The translations under genes were made by a program, and so were the position numbers. Shown here one piece after another: positions 62,268 to 64,000 of a DNA stretch of 64,000 nucleotides (positions are counted from its first letter, which is position 1; the number at the start of each line of letters is the position of its first letter). This DNA comes from Leptogorgia sarmentosa (lineage: Eukaryota). Where the stretch lies: positions 1,488,001 through 1,552,000 of the forward strand of contig OZ210885.1 in assembly GCA_964658305.1 (NCBI GenBank), given 5' to 3'. The notes under the pieces are model-generated. The model was not told the origin of the DNA, made no database searches, and saw only the letters and a program-made list of their open reading frames with translations.

Positions 62268-62508
62268 CATGAATGAACGTTATTTTGTCCTTAGTTAGGT
62301 ACTTTTTATAATTCTTGTCGTTTATAAAGTGCCAGTGCCAGATTATCACTTAGAGGCTCTTCTTTCGTGTAAAACACTCGGAAGAGGTAGTAAAAATTTC
62401 ACCTGTAATTTAACACTACAGTACAACCAACTTTTTTTTTCTTTTATTAAAAGAAATACGAAAATTTATTCAGTCTACTTGAATATTGGCGGTTATTGGA
62501 AAGCACTG

Positions 62509-63115
62509 ATGGATATAAAAGTCTATTTGTTGGCCTTCTTCATTGCATATACACTTCGAGCAGGAATTCGAATTGTCGCTGAAGACGAAACTGCTGGGAA
62601 AAAGAAAATTGTGAATTTTTGTTTTAACGCAAGTCTCGAGGGTATGTGTGCGCGCTGCTGTGGTAATTAACAAACATTTTTCGGCTGCGCAGTCGTTTGT
62701 CAGACATTTGAATGAATTGCAATGTACCACCTAATCATGACGTCATTTCAATTTCGTAGGTTACAGACTAAATGTGACAGTTTTGACGACAGAGCTGGCT
62801 CCTAATTGGCTTGCCTGTGTGATAGAATGTGTTACGGAGCCTTGCTGTCGATCAATCAATTATAAAAACACACTGAACTTACGGAATGAACCAAATTGTG
62901 AAATGTTGCACAATGTGGTCTATAATAATTCTCAGAAATATTTGGAAAGGAATTGTTCTTATAACCATGTTTTTCTTAATAATCCGCCAAAGGTAAAAAT
63001 TACTTCCGGAATAAATCGTGGAACAATAAATGAGATATTTCATTTTATTGTCCGTATAATTTATAGGAATACAATGGAACCTGCTTTTCGAAGTTCGCAA
63101 GTGGCCGTACAAAAG
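62509..63115 (+). CDS. Secreted PAN/Apple protein, paralog of 36780-41536 (5' part; continues beyond window)
   Basis: Exons: 62509-62641 (signal MDIKVYLLAFFIAYTLRA..NFCFNASLEG), 62760-62992 (PAN, nearly identical to 37046-37278), 63067-63115 (EYNGTCFSKFASGRTK). TATAAA at about 62323. Confidence 0.85.
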
Positions 63116-63394
63116 GTGAGGAAATGTTTACTGGCTAAGACAGCCAAGCGCGATGTATTTAAAATTTGGTAATTTCATCTCAATTTCATCGTCAAGGTTA
63201 CATTGGTTGTGCTGTCACTTGCTGTTACTTTTCTTATTAAAATTTCTTATTAGCAAAGCACGAGGTCTGTACAGAAAATGATTGGACTGAGCTCTTTTCC
63301 GTTCAGACCTAGCCCGTAAGGCGAGCTGCACAAGCTCAATTTGACGATTAATTAATTAATTAGAGGATAATTCTGAAAAGTTGACTATTTGAAA

Positions 63395-64000
63395 TTATTA
63401 TATACACAAGCGCTGGATATGAGCTATTCTGCAATCTGATTGGTTCTCCACTAGCAGGATATTAGCTCATATCCTGCTAGTACAGAAATGTAAACAAAAT
63501 GGCTGAAAGAGCGAAGCTGGAATTGAAGTTTTCAACAGTTAAAAACGTATTTGCGACTGATTTAATGAATAAAATTCAAGAAGTTTAGTTGTAAATGTTT
63601 ATTGTGCAGTTATGAATCTGGAAAACCGGACTCGACGCTGTAATATTCATCGCTTGACTGAGTTGGATCGCTTGTTGCTGTTTGTTGACATTTTACAACG
63701 GTAAAATTTGTGTTGTACTTTCAAATGCAGAAAAAAACAGCTGAAAACTGTTGAAATTTAAAACTAGCTACAGTTTAAACGAAACGTCGACTATTTTAAT
63801 TCCGTAACTGTTGTTTTTTCCGTGCTTTTTGGCGTGTATTTATCAAGTAAAACTGTTTTTGTAAATATGTCGATTTCAAAGCGATAGAACACTTTGAAAT
63901 TATATTCAGTTATTAACTAAAATACAAATAAATTTTGAAGTTGTTTTTGTCCAGCGCTTGTGTACATAATAAAACAGTTATTCTGCTCACTCTCGTCGTA
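63395..64000 (+). mobile_element. Crypton-like non-autonomous element (intronic, runs off window)
   Basis: Inverted TATACACAAGCGCTGGA / TCCAGCGCTTGTGTACATA, GTAAACAAAATGGC start context, and AATAAAACAGTTATT before a hairpin. Same layout as the elements at 126-643 and about 13180-13485. Confidence 0.55.

Overview
AT-rich, intron-rich animal genomic DNA. The gene and repeat content suggests an anthozoan cnidarian, possibly an octocoral (inference). I built spliced gene models by hand from GT-AG boundaries and exon phases. The window holds two housekeeping genes arranged head-to-head: SLF2/FAM178-like (minus strand) and TTC33 (plus strand). Around them lie putative extracellular-protein genes: (1) the 3' part of a C-type lectin-EGF-C-type lectin gene; (2) a small secreted protein with an unnamed WYGEDL domain; (3) a secreted protein with three WSC-like repeats; (4) a plus-strand cluster of PAN/Apple-module genes. 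In that cluster one PAN exon cassette is fused to tandem TLDc domains in one gene (SP-PAN-TLDc-TLDc), to a GON domain in another (SP-PAN-mucin repeats-PAN-GON), and a third paralog runs off the window end. The most notable signal is the apparently secreted TLDc protein, since characterised TLDc proteins are intracellular. The sequence also preserves traces of how the cluster was assembled: a shared 49-nt exon, a lost stop codon and an orphan TLDc pseudo-exon. Non-coding content includes a Penelope-type insertion with a minimal hammerhead ribozyme, many Crypton-like and MITE elements, a tRNA-derived SINE, a 4.5-kb 36-bp minisatellite and an ~870-bp near-perfect palindrome. All family names come from motif recognition; no database searches were run.
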